DNA of 64,000 nt, taken from assembly GCA_040219065.1 (NCBI GenBank), contig JAVJTD010000079.1:6254-70253 (forward strand), written 5' to 3'. The notes beneath the pieces were generated by a model. That model did not search any database and had not been told where the DNA came from. It saw only the letters and a list, made by a program, of their open reading frames with translations. The position numbers and the translations under genes are program-made. Each line of letters opens with the position of its first letter. Position 1 is the stretch's first letter. Shown in pieces: positions 28,381-40,777 of the stretch. This DNA comes from Planctomycetota bacterium. GTDB taxonomy: Bacteria > Planctomycetota > OFTM77.

Positions 28381-28992
28381 TCAGTCGGAGGACACGAGCG
28401 AGTGGAAGGCCCGAGGAAGGAACTGGCCGGCCTCACGTCGATACGCCGCATACTCGGGATAGCGCTTCCCCAAGGCCGACTCCTCTCGCCGTGCGGCGAC
28501 GAGGTAGTAGGCAAACAGCACCAGAGCGTTCAGTCCCAGCCACACACTTCCCGTCGCGAGGAACAGCCCGCCGAGGATCATGAGGTTGGCCGTGTAGATC
28601 GGGTGGCGGATCTTGGCATACGGCCCGGATCGTACGATGCGCTGAGACACCCACGAGTCGAAACACGGGCTGTACTCGGCACCGAGCGTTCGCTTAGAGA
28701 AAACGAAGAGCCAGAGTCCGAGAAGCATGACGAGCTGCCCGGCCCAGAGCAGAGCGCGGCTCTCGTGGACCTCGAGGAGGATGGGCCACGACGTCAGGTA
28801 GGCACTGAACCCGCCGATGAGCGTCGAGGCTTGGATCCACCGGTAGACCCATGAGAAGTGGCACGGAGACGCGATGCGCTCGGACTTGCCGTCCTCGTAG
28901 CGGCGGTCCGCATGCCGATAGGCCCGGGCCGACACGACGAGGATGATCGCGAGGATGATGCAGGCGGACGCGGTCGAGAGATCGAGATTCAT
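28381..28992 (-). CDS. Isoprenylcysteine carboxyl methyltransferase (ICMT/PEMT)-family membrane methyltransferase
   Basis: Multi-TM protein with the family block RIVRSGPYAKIRHPIYTANLMILGGLFLATGS...EESALGKRYPEY. Confidence 0.75.
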   Translation of the reverse strand: MNLDLSTASACIILAIILVVSARAYRHADRRYEDGKSERIASPCHFSWVYRWIQASTLIGGFSAYLTSWPILLEVHESRALLWAGQLVMLLGLWLFVFSKRTLGAEYSPCFDSWVSQRIVRSGPYAKIRHPIYTANLMILGGLFLATGSVWLGLNALVLFAYYLVAARREESALGKRYPEYAAYRREAGQFLPRAFHSLVSSD

Positions 28993-29013
28993 GAGTAGCT
29001 CCAGCCTGCGTGG

Positions 29014-29556
29014 TCAGCGGATGCGATAGACGGCGCAATCGATCGAGAACCAGATCTGACTCTCGATCTTCGTGAAGAGGCTGACGCGGTACTCGGTCTC
29101 GGAGACCTGCTCGAGGTCGGTGATCCAGAGCCTCTGCACGATGTCACGGTTCTTGCGGACCATGCGCGGCAGCTCGATGTCGAGGCGAGTGGGCCAGATC
29201 TTGATGGACTCGGACTTCTCGGGATCGTACTCGAGCCCCAGCTCCTCGCACAAAGCCGCGTAGAGGAGCTTCTGGGTGTGGACGAGTGCCGTCAGGAAGA
29301 TCAGGTGGCTCGGGCTCTTGTCCATGGAGCTGTGATACTCGCGATCGAACGTCGCTTCGATGTAGCGCTCACCGACCCGATACTCCTTGATGGTGAGGGT
29401 CTCACTGACCGGACGGCCTGGCATGACGTTGAACGACAGCTCGTTCTGATGCGACTCCGCGACGTGTCGAAGCGGCTTCGATTCGTCACGAACGAGGCGG
29501 AGCTGGGAAGGCGTCTGGGGGAGGCGGCGAGCGGTGGATTCGTTGCTGGTGCTCAT
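29014..29556 (-). CDS. Hypothetical 180-aa cytoplasmic protein (no family recognised; alpha+beta, possibly hotdog-like)
   Basis: Clean ORF in the coding-strand context, 20 bp upstream of the ICMT-like gene. I recognise no diagnostic motif. Confidence 0.55.
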   Translation of the reverse strand: MSTSNESTARRLPQTPSQLRLVRDESKPLRHVAESHQNELSFNVMPGRPVSETLTIKEYRVGERYIEATFDREYHSSMDKSPSHLIFLTALVHTQKLLYAALCEELGLEYDPEKSESIKIWPTRLDIELPRMVRKNRDIVQRLWITDLEQVSETEYRVSLFTKIESQIWFSIDCAVYRIR

Positions 29557-29817
29557 GGCGATCTTCCGTTCTCGAGGTCTTGGAGGTCGACCCGCTCTCG
29601 TCCCATGACCGAGCGGCTGCCGTCCGTTCGAGAACCAGCGCGCGAACGCACAGCGGGCAGGGGAGACCGATTCTGAAAAAGAATTCGGTCCCCGCGTTCG
29701 GAGCGCAACATTCGGAGCGCCGGCTTTCAGCCGGTCCCCGTGTTCTCCATCCAGGCGCTCCGCTGGCCTGACGTCCTTCCACGCTCGGTCGCCGGGCTCT
29801 GATTGGCGGTGTCTCGC

Positions 29818-32457
<2,640 letters not shown>

Positions 32458-32704
32458 CTTGAGGGCTCGTGTTGTCGTGGGGAGTGTCCGCACCTCGAGC
32501 CGGGTATGCGGCTCGCCGTGACGCCAGGATACTTCGCGGGCGCGTCGGTGGCCAGGTGATTGGGCGATCAGCGCCCGAACCCCTCGTCCCTCTCTCACGC
32601 CCTCCGCGCTCGATCGTCACTTCCCCGAATCGAGCCAGCACCCTCCCCCCACGACGCGGAGCCGATCGGGCTCCGAGCGTCGCTCACCCAAGGCCCGAGA
32701 GGGT

Positions 32705-32830
32705 TCGGCCGCTGCGCGGCCCGATGCGGGCAGGATGCGCTCCGTGCGACCGCTTCGCGGCCCGATGCGGGCAGGATGCGCTCCGTGCGACCGCTTCGCG
32801 GCTCGAGGCGGGCGGGACGCGCTCCCAGTG
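32705..32830. repeat. REP-like GC-rich element, 41-bp unit in tandem (2 full + 1 partial copy)
   Basis: GCGGCCCGATGCGGGCAGGATGCGCTCCGTGCGACCGCTTC occurs at 32716-32756 and 32757-32797, with a divergent third unit running to 32830. Related to the elements at 34428-34620 and 51276-51340. Confidence 0.85.
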
Positions 32831-32838
32831 GCTCCCCT

Positions 32839-33492
32839 TCACCCGTCCGCGAGGTGCTTCATCTCGTCGGCGAGGGCTTTGGTGGCTCTCACGATGAGCA
32901 TGCGGCAGGCGGCCTCGCTGCGGTCGAACTCGCCGGCGATCTCCTGGATCGGGCGCTCTTCGAAGCGCCATTGGATCAGGATCCGGCGGTAGTCCTCGGG
33001 TAGGCGATCGAGGGCCTGGACCAAGAGTGCGACCTGATCCTTTCGGTTGACGACCATGCTCGGGGAGCTCTGGTCGGCGGGCAGCATGCTACCGAGGTCG
33101 GCCGAGACCTGACCGTCGCGCCGGACGCGCTCGGCGAGGGAGACCTCGCGGCGAGCGTCTCGCTTCTGGACCTTGAAGTAGCGCTCGTAGTGCTCGTGGA
33201 TCTTGTTGTGGATGATCGTCGAGAGCCAGCGGTGGAAGGAGCTGTCCTCGCGGAGCTCGAACTTCTCGAACTGGCGGTAGGCCTCGAGGTAGGCCTCTTG
33301 GAGGATGTCCATCGACTCGACCTTTTGCCGCAGATGCGGCCCGAGCTTGAGGCGAACGATGAACTTGGCCTTGTCGATGTAATGGTCGAACAGCCGGTCG
33401 AACGACTCGCGGTCCCCATCCTTGATCCGGGCGACCAGATTCATGGTCACTCGGCCGTCGAACGGAGAGTCCTTCTGGTCGTTGCGGCTCAT
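32839..33492 (-). CDS. ECF/sigma-70-family RNA polymerase sigma factor
   Basis: Region 2 (DILQEAYLEAYRQFEKF...FHRWLSTIIHNKI) and region 4 (LPEDYRRILIQWRFEERPIQEIAGEFDRSEAACRMLIVRA). ATG at 33492. No anti-sigma gene downstream. Confidence 0.85.
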   Translation of the reverse strand: MSRNDQKDSPFDGRVTMNLVARIKDGDRESFDRLFDHYIDKAKFIVRLKLGPHLRQKVESMDILQEAYLEAYRQFEKFELREDSSFHRWLSTIIHNKIHEHYERYFKVQKRDARREVSLAERVRRDGQVSADLGSMLPADQSSPSMVVNRKDQVALLVQALDRLPEDYRRILIQWRFEERPIQEIAGEFDRSEAACRMLIVRATKALADEMKHLADG

Positions 33493-33642
33493 CGAGGCGT
33501 CCGTGGGGGGTTTTCGGGCTAGGCAATCTCGGTCCCAACAGTTTAGCTGAGTGGCTCCTACAAAGCGATGGCGCTGTCCCGCCCGCCCCGAGCTGACTCC
33601 CCACATCTGAATCGACCTCGATGCGGGTTCCGCTCAAGGCGC

Positions 33643-33660
33643 TTTCGACCTGGGTCGAAA
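33643..33660. promoter_or_regulatory. Perfect 18-bp palindrome TTTCGACC-TG-GGTCGAAA in the divergent sigma / cytochrome c-prime promoter region
   Basis: Read directly from the sequence, 57 bp upstream of the cytochrome ATG. A related half-site palindrome ATCGACCTCGAT lies at 33611-33622. Confidence 0.4.
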
Positions 33661-33716
33661 AAGGATGAAGAGGTAGGGCTATCGCTCAGATCGCAAGAAC
33701 TTGGAGCATCTTCGAA

Positions 33717-34250
33717 ATGTCCGTGACCCTTCGCCGCTCGATCACCGCTTCGCTCCTCCTGGCAGGCGTCCTCGTCGTCGCGGCTTGCAGCCAGGAAGGT
33801 GACCCGAAGGACCCCGCTTCCAAGCCGCCCGAGGAGAGCGAGCTCAGGCAGACCATGACGCGGATGCAGAACACGCTCGACGATCTCTGCAACACCGTCA
33901 GCGGCTTCACCCGCAGCCGGAACGACATCGAGGCCGGCGCCGCCTTCAGCGACAAGCTCCTCGCCGATCTGCAATCCAGCGTCATCGCGAAGCACAACGC
34001 GGAGCCCGGTTATCAGGAGCAGCTCGAAGCCGTCATCTCCATCGCGAAGGAGCTCGACGAGACGATGGAGCCCGGCGTCGCCCTACAGCAAGAGCTGAAG
34101 GCGATGACCGAGGAGGAGCGAGAGAGCGAAGCCGGTCAAGAGAAGCTCAAGGAGCTCCGCCGGATCATCTCGAAGAGCCATCAGACCGCAGTCCGGATCG
34201 GCGCGACCTGCGAAGGCTGTCACCGCGACTACCGCGACGACAAGGAGTAG
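33717..34250 (+). CDS. Class II (cytochrome c-prime-like) c-type cytochrome, lipoprotein
   Basis: Lipobox LVVAAC. Helical ~150-aa body with a single CxxCH at the extreme C-terminus (GATCEGCHRDYRDDKE), which is the class II arrangement. Confidence 0.7.
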   Translation: MSVTLRRSITASLLLAGVLVVAACSQEGDPKDPASKPPEESELRQTMTRMQNTLDDLCNTVSGFTRSRNDIEAGAAFSDKLLADLQSSVIAKHNAEPGYQEQLEAVISIAKELDETMEPGVALQQELKAMTEEERESEAGQEKLKELRRIISKSHQTAVRIGATCEGCHRDYRDDKE

Positions 34251-34278
34251 TCCTCGGAGGGGCGGAGGTCCTGCCGAG

Positions 34279-34352
34279 TTGGAATGCCCAAGTCGAGCGA
34301 GTCGAAGACCGACTCTCTCTGGTGAGAGGTCTCACGAGCGAGCTCGGGCCGG
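34279..34352 (+). repeat. Modular intergenic repeat, copy C (5-prime module only)
   Basis: TTGGAATGCCCAAGTCGAGCGAGTCGAAGACCG...CGAGCGAGCTCGGGCCGG matches the first ~75 bp of copy B. Confidence 0.7.
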
Positions 34353-34427
34353 CAGAATCCGGGGCTTGTCCACAGATTCTGGGATCTGAGGTCTGGGTCG
34401 ACTCTGAGGAGCTTGGAGGGAGGAACA

Positions 34428-34620
34428 TCGGCCGCTGCGCGGCCCGATGCGGGCAGGATGCCCGCGCTCCCAGTGAAGCCGACGCCCGAGTGGGGCGCGG
34501 TACGATCGCACCCGGCAAGTCGAGACTACAGGGCTGCGGTCATCTGGTTCATCGGCCGCTGCGCGGCCCGATGCGGGCAGGATGCCCGCGCTCCCAGTGC
34601 GCCCGCGCTCCCAGTGACGC
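34428..34620. repeat. Two REP-like elements carrying the hairpin GCGGGCA-GGA-TGCCCGC; probable terminator zone between convergent genes
   Basis: TCGGCCGCTGCGCGGCCCGATGCGGGCAGGATGCCCGCGCTCCCAGTG occurs at 34428-34475 and again at 34551-34598. GCGCCCGCGCTCCCAGTG is duplicated after the second copy. Confidence 0.85.
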
Positions 34621-34643
34621 CGGCGCTCCGGATGCGATCCGTC

Positions 34644-34874
34644 CTACTGCCGAGGCTGCGGTACGCGGCAGAGGCGGTAGATCCAGAAGGAGATGCCGCC
34701 GAAGATCGCGAAGGGCGACAGGATCATCAGGATGATGCTCCAGTTGAAGGCGCTGGCGATGCGGCTCGAGCCGACGGCGTCCTTGCAGTTGGGGCAGGCA
34801 TCGGCCAGGCCGGGCACGAGGGCGATGAGCAGCAGGACCAAGGCGAGTCGCATCCAGGGACGAAGGTCACGCAT
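34644..34874 (-). CDS. Small (76 aa) bitopic membrane protein with a periplasmic CPNC motif; last gene of the respiratory cluster
   Basis: Signal peptide MRDLRPWMRLALVLLLIALVPGLADA, then CPNCKDAVGSS, then the C-terminal TM helix AFNWSIILMILSPFAIFGGISFWIY. The ATG is 3 nt after the DUF420 stop. Confidence 0.65.
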   Translation of the reverse strand: MRDLRPWMRLALVLLLIALVPGLADACPNCKDAVGSSRIASAFNWSIILMILSPFAIFGGISFWIYRLCRVPQPRQ

Positions 34875-34877
34875 GGT

Positions 34878-35309
34878 TCAGGTCCTCATCGCGGCATCGA
34901 GGTGGTAGAGCATCCAGTAGACCAGGACGCCGGTCACCGAGACGTACATCCAGATCGGCCAGGTCCATCGGGCCAGCTTTCGGTGCTTCTCGCGCCGATC
35001 CTTGAGCCCGAGGATAAGCGTCCAGGGTGCCATCACGGCTACCGGGACTGCAAGGATCGTGTGCGAGAGCAGGACGGCGAAGTAGACGATCCGGATCGCC
35101 CCTTCGCTCTGAAACTTCGTCGAGCCGTGGTGATAATGGTAGAAGAGGTACGAGGCGAGGAAGAGGGTCGAGACGCTGAAGGCCGCGATCATGCAGCGCT
35201 TGTGTGCCTCGATGCGACCGCGGCGGATCATTCGCCATCCGATGAAGAGCAGGACGGCGCTCGTCGAGTTCAGAGCCGCGTTGACCGCGGGCAGATCGGT
35301 CAGCTCCAC
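34878..35309 (-). CDS. DUF420 (CtaM-type) membrane protein, cytochrome aa3 assembly-associated
   Basis: Four TM segments with the conserved blocks NAALNSTSAVLL, HKRCMIAAF, VLLSHTILA and HRKLARWTWPIWMYVSVTGVLVY. Confidence 0.75.
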   Translation of the reverse strand: MELTDLPAVNAALNSTSAVLLFIGWRMIRRGRIEAHKRCMIAAFSVSTLFLASYLFYHYHHGSTKFQSEGAIRIVYFAVLLSHTILAVPVAVMAPWTLILGLKDRREKHRKLARWTWPIWMYVSVTGVLVYWMLYHLDAAMRT

Positions 35310-35314
35310 CGGCT

Positions 35315-35908
35315 CTACTCCCCCGCCAAGGCGCGGGCTCGCTCGACCAGGCGATCGACGGCTTCGGGGCTCTCGCTCGAAAAGAAGCCTCGCACCTGCC
35401 CCTTCGCATCCACCAGCGCCAGGCGCGTGCTGTGCGCGATCGACTCACCGACTGGTGCGCTCGCGTTCTCCTGCACGCCTAGCCTGAAGCCCTGGTTGAT
35501 CAGATCGTAGACGTTCTCCCTCTCGCCTGTCAGGAACCACCACCGGTCACCCTGAGCGCTGAACGCCTTCGCGTAGTCCTGCAGGACCTGCGGCGTGTCG
35601 TGCTCGGGATCGACGCTGAACGTCACCAGCTTGACGGGCGTGCCCTCGAGTCGCGGCTGCAGGCTCGCCATGAGGCCGCTGAGCTTCGGGCAAGGGCCGG
35701 AGCATCGCGTGAAGGCGAAGCCGGCGATCCAAGGCGCGCCGAGAAGCGTCTCCTTGGTCACAGCGTCGCCGGAGCGCTCGGTCAATTCGAAGCTCGGGAG
35801 CTCGAACTGGGCCTGCTCGGCGGCCGGGGCGCCTTCGACCGGGAGCTCCTGGTCGGCGTCGCAGGCGAGGAGGAGACAGAAGAGCAAAGGGGCGATGCGA
35901 ATGATCAT
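35315..35908 (-). CDS. SCO1/SenC-family copper chaperone (lipoprotein)
   Basis: Lipobox LLLAC, thioredoxin fold with FAFTRCSGPCP (CxxxC) and the downstream conserved His (SIAHSTRLALVD). Confidence 0.85.
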   Translation of the reverse strand: MIIRIAPLLFCLLLACDADQELPVEGAPAAEQAQFELPSFELTERSGDAVTKETLLGAPWIAGFAFTRCSGPCPKLSGLMASLQPRLEGTPVKLVTFSVDPEHDTPQVLQDYAKAFSAQGDRWWFLTGERENVYDLINQGFRLGVQENASAPVGESIAHSTRLALVDAKGQVRGFFSSESPEAVDRLVERARALAGE

Positions 35909-35966
35909 GCTGGGGCATTCGGAGCGGCGGAGGCGCGCCCGCGAGCGCGCCTCACCGCCGATTGGC

Positions 35967-36263
35967 TCACTGGTTCCGGGTGTAGATGTCGGGATAGAGA
36001 GCCATCACGAGCACCACCGCCAGGAAGGCGACGGGGATCAGGAGCGTGTACTTCCAGCGGCCTTCGTACTTGAGGTGCATGAAGAAGAGCACCACGAGCG
36101 CCGCCTTGGCCGTCGAGATGGCCATGGCCGCCCAGGCGGTCGCCTCGACGCTCTCTTTGATCACACCGATGAACGAGATGACGTACGTTCCCGCCGTGAG
36201 GAAGATCAGGGCGATGAACACCATCCAGGTGGGCTTGTCGCTGACGTTTGCCGACTGAGCCAT
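35967..36263 (-). CDS. Cytochrome c oxidase subunit IV (bacterial aa3/caa3 type)
   Basis: 98 aa with three TM segments and the family block AAMAISTAKAALVVLFFMHLKYE. Lies directly after subunit III. Confidence 0.75.
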   Translation of the reverse strand: MAQSANVSDKPTWMVFIALIFLTAGTYVISFIGVIKESVEATAWAAMAISTAKAALVVLFFMHLKYEGRWKYTLLIPVAFLAVVLVMALYPDIYTRNQ

Positions 36264-36290
36264 GTCATGTCCTCCTTACAACGCAGCCGG

Positions 36291-37004
36291 CTAGACGGCC
36301 TGCATGATGTAGATGAGCGGGAACAGGAAGATCCAAACGACGTCGACGAAGTGCCAATACAGCCCGAAGTACTCGACCATGTAGTGGGACTGCTTTCCGA
36401 AGGAGCTTCGGAAGCTGAGGAGCACGATGGCAAGGAGCCAGATGATCCCGCCGATCACGTGGAGCGCGTGACAACCCGTCACCAAGAAGTAGGTCGAGGC
36501 GAACATGTTCCCGTCGTTCACCTTGGCCGGGTCGAGCCCTTTCTCCTCAGCAACGATGGCACCCATGCGCTCGGCGCCTTCTCCCCCGGGATAGATCCCG
36601 AAGTGGATCTTGTGCTCGTACTCGACGCCCTTGATGCCCATGAACACGCAGCCGAGTAGCAGCACCAAAACGAGGAGCACGCGCATGCGCTTGAGCTCAC
36701 CGCGCAAGACGGCGTTGTGCGCCAGCACGACCAGCACCGAGCTGAGAATCAGCACGAAGGTGTTCGCGGCACCGAAATGCTTGTTGTTCAGGACGTAGGG
36801 GTCTTCCTGGGGATCGAAGCCCTGGATGTAATTGGACGGCCAGGCCTCCGCCCCGAAGCGCTCGTTGATGTACACGGCGACGAGACCCATGAAGAACATG
36901 ATCTCGGTGCCGAGGAACAGCCAGATGCCGAGCTTGCCGGCGGACAGCTTGTGCTTCGATCCCTCCGCCGCGGCGGGGCTGGCATGAGCCACTGCGGTAT
37001 CCAT
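36291..37004 (-). CDS. ctaE: Cytochrome c oxidase subunit III
   Basis: LGIWLFLGTEIMFF, TGCHALHVIGGIIWL, YWHFVDVVWIFLFPLIY. ATG at 37004 is preceded by GGAGGA. Confidence 0.9.
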   Translation of the reverse strand: MDTAVAHASPAAAEGSKHKLSAGKLGIWLFLGTEIMFFMGLVAVYINERFGAEAWPSNYIQGFDPQEDPYVLNNKHFGAANTFVLILSSVLVVLAHNAVLRGELKRMRVLLVLVLLLGCVFMGIKGVEYEHKIHFGIYPGGEGAERMGAIVAEEKGLDPAKVNDGNMFASTYFLVTGCHALHVIGGIIWLLAIVLLSFRSSFGKQSHYMVEYFGLYWHFVDVVWIFLFPLIYIMQAV

Positions 37005-37065
37005 CGTTAACTCTTCCTCCAACTGCAATCTCGTTCGGAATCCGTCGCGGAAAGGGACGCCCGGC

Positions 37066-37971
37066 TCAACCGAGCTGATGATCCAAGACGAGCATCATGA
37101 AGATCAGCGGCAGGTAGCCGAGCGACGTCCACAAGAGGCGTCGCGCTGCCACGAGGCTCGGTGAGAAGGCGAAAAGCACCGCCGTCCCCAGGAAGGTGAG
37201 TCCCAGGAGACCGGCGACGACGAAGTATGTCGGTCCAGCGAGCCCGAGCGAGGCGGGCATCAACCCGACCGGCACGAGCACGAGCGAATACCCGACGACC
37301 TGTCGAGCGGTCAATGCCTGACCGCCGGCAATCGTCGGGAGCATCTTGAGTCCGGCGCGCGAGTAATCGTCGCGGTAGATCCAGGCGATGGCCAGGAAGT
37401 GCGGGAACTGCCAGACGAAGATGATGGCGAACAAGGTCCACGCGCCGAGCGGCACCTCACCGGCCACGGCCGCCCAGCCGATGACGGGCGGCAGCGCGCC
37501 GGGCACGGCACCGACCAGTGTATTGAGGCTCGTTCGGCGCTTGAGCGGCGTGTAAAGCGCCACGTAGCTGACCAGCGTGATCGCGGTGAGCAAGGCGGCC
37601 AGACCACCCGCGAAGATCCAGACCTGGGCGATGCCGACGAAGCCGGTGACGAACCCCAGCCCCAGGACCTCGCGCTCGCTCATGCGGCCTGAAGGCAGCG
37701 GGCGGTCGACGGTCCGCTCCATCAGGGCATCGGTGTCGCGCTCGAGCCACTGGTTGAAGGCCGAGGAGCTGATGGCCGCCAAGAGCACTCCCATCACGGT
37801 GTGCCCGACGAGCACCCAGTCCGGGCGAGCGTCCGCGGCCAAGAACGCTCCGACGGCGACGGCGAGCCCGATGAAGATCGCGATCTTCGGCTTGGCGATC
37901 GAGGCGTAGTCCGAGAGTCGGGTGGACCAGGTCGAGCGCACATCCAGGTGACGCTGGGCGGGTGAGCTCAT
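37066..37971 (-). CDS. ctaB: Protohaem IX farnesyltransferase (haem O synthase)
   Basis: UbiA-family blocks YASIAKPKIA, NQWLERDTDALMERTVDRPLPSG, YTPLKRRTSLNTLVGAVPGALPPVIGW. ATG at 37971 overlaps the ctaA stop (ATGA). The N-terminal 150 aa of the track ORF are an out-of-frame read-through. Confidence 0.9.
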   Translation of the reverse strand: MSSPAQRHLDVRSTWSTRLSDYASIAKPKIAIFIGLAVAVGAFLAADARPDWVLVGHTVMGVLLAAISSSAFNQWLERDTDALMERTVDRPLPSGRMSEREVLGLGFVTGFVGIAQVWIFAGGLAALLTAITLVSYVALYTPLKRRTSLNTLVGAVPGALPPVIGWAAVAGEVPLGAWTLFAIIFVWQFPHFLAIAWIYRDDYSRAGLKMLPTIAGGQALTARQVVGYSLVLVPVGLMPASLGLAGPTYFVVAGLLGLTFLGTAVLFAFSPSLVAARRLLWTSLGYLPLIFMMLVLDHQLG

Positions 37972-38987
37972 CGCATGCTCCCGGCCGGCTCGGCCGAGCT
38001 CCAACTCGGGTTCTCGAAGGTCTCGGGATCCAGCGACTCTTCCGACGCCGTCTCCTCGATCTCGATGCGGTGACTGCGCACCTTGATGACGAATGCCGTC
38101 ATGAGGAGCAGAGCACCGACCAGGACGTGGGAAGTCGCGGAGACGACATCGGCGATCGGAATCTGCTCGCCCGGCACCGTGTGCCGAGTCGCGATCCAGG
38201 TCACGATGCCGAGCACGACCTGCAGTCCGAGGAGGTGTACCAGCCGGCGCGCAGGCTTGGTGAGGAAACCGTTGCCACCGAAGTCCCGCTGTACGCGGCG
38301 GCGCAGTGTCACGCAGGCCAAGGCCACGACGATGGCACCGAGCGCGTGGAAGAGCACGGTGACCTGGAAGTGCCGCACCAGCGCTCCCAGCACGAGCTGG
38401 CCGTAGACGAAGGCGCAGGTCCACAGCGCGGCCCGGCGCAATCCGTGCACGGCCTCGGCAGGAGCGGACGCCGCGGCCTCACTCCAGCTCTTCGAGGTCA
38501 CGACGGCGATCCCGACGACCAGACAGAAGAAGGCCTGGGCGAAGGCGCCGTGCACGACCGCGAGCTCTCGGGCGAGCAGCTCGACGCGCAGGCCGCCGAG
38601 CACACCCTGAATGCAGACACCGACGAGAGCGGCGATTCCCAGCCCGAAGATCCAGCGCCGGCTCTCGGTCCTCCACCGGTACACGCTGAGCGTGATCCAG
38701 GTGGCGAGACCGATCGTCAGCATGCCGACCAAGGACCCCATCAACCGGTGGGAGTGCTCCCAGAAGACGCCGGTCGACTCGAGCATCTTGCCGATCGGGT
38801 AGAGGAACATTTGATAACCGAAGGTGGTCGGCCAGTCAGGCACGGCCAGGCCCACGTCCAGCGAGGTGACGATCCCGCCCAGCATGAGCAGGGGGAACGT
38901 CGCCCCGGCGGTGACGAGGGCCCACCGATGAATACCTGACGGCCGCTTCTCGGCCATCTGTTCCCGGCCCAATGGCGCGACGCTCAT
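37968..38987 (-). CDS. ctaA: Haem A synthase (COX15/CtaA family)
   Basis: LLMLGGIVTSLDVGLAVPDWPTTFG, WEHSHRLMGSLVG, and a second-half His pair (FHALGAIVV, TSHVLVGALLL). ATG at 38987 is 2 nt after the ctaD stop. Confidence 0.85.
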   Translation of the reverse strand: MSVAPLGREQMAEKRPSGIHRWALVTAGATFPLLMLGGIVTSLDVGLAVPDWPTTFGYQMFLYPIGKMLESTGVFWEHSHRLMGSLVGMLTIGLATWITLSVYRWRTESRRWIFGLGIAALVGVCIQGVLGGLRVELLARELAVVHGAFAQAFFCLVVGIAVVTSKSWSEAAASAPAEAVHGLRRAALWTCAFVYGQLVLGALVRHFQVTVLFHALGAIVVALACVTLRRRVQRDFGGNGFLTKPARRLVHLLGLQVVLGIVTWIATRHTVPGEQIPIADVVSATSHVLVGALLLMTAFVIKVRSHRIEIEETASEESLDPETFENPSWSSAEPAGSMR

Positions 38988-38989
38988 GG

Positions 38990-40771
<1,782 letters not shown>

Positions 40772-40777
40772 GTCTGC

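Noticed and set aside
37972-38424. N-terminal extension of the 452-aa ORF containing ctaB
   Set aside because: It overlaps ctaA out of frame. UbiA-family similarity begins after the ATG at 37971, which forms an ATGA overlap with the ctaA stop.
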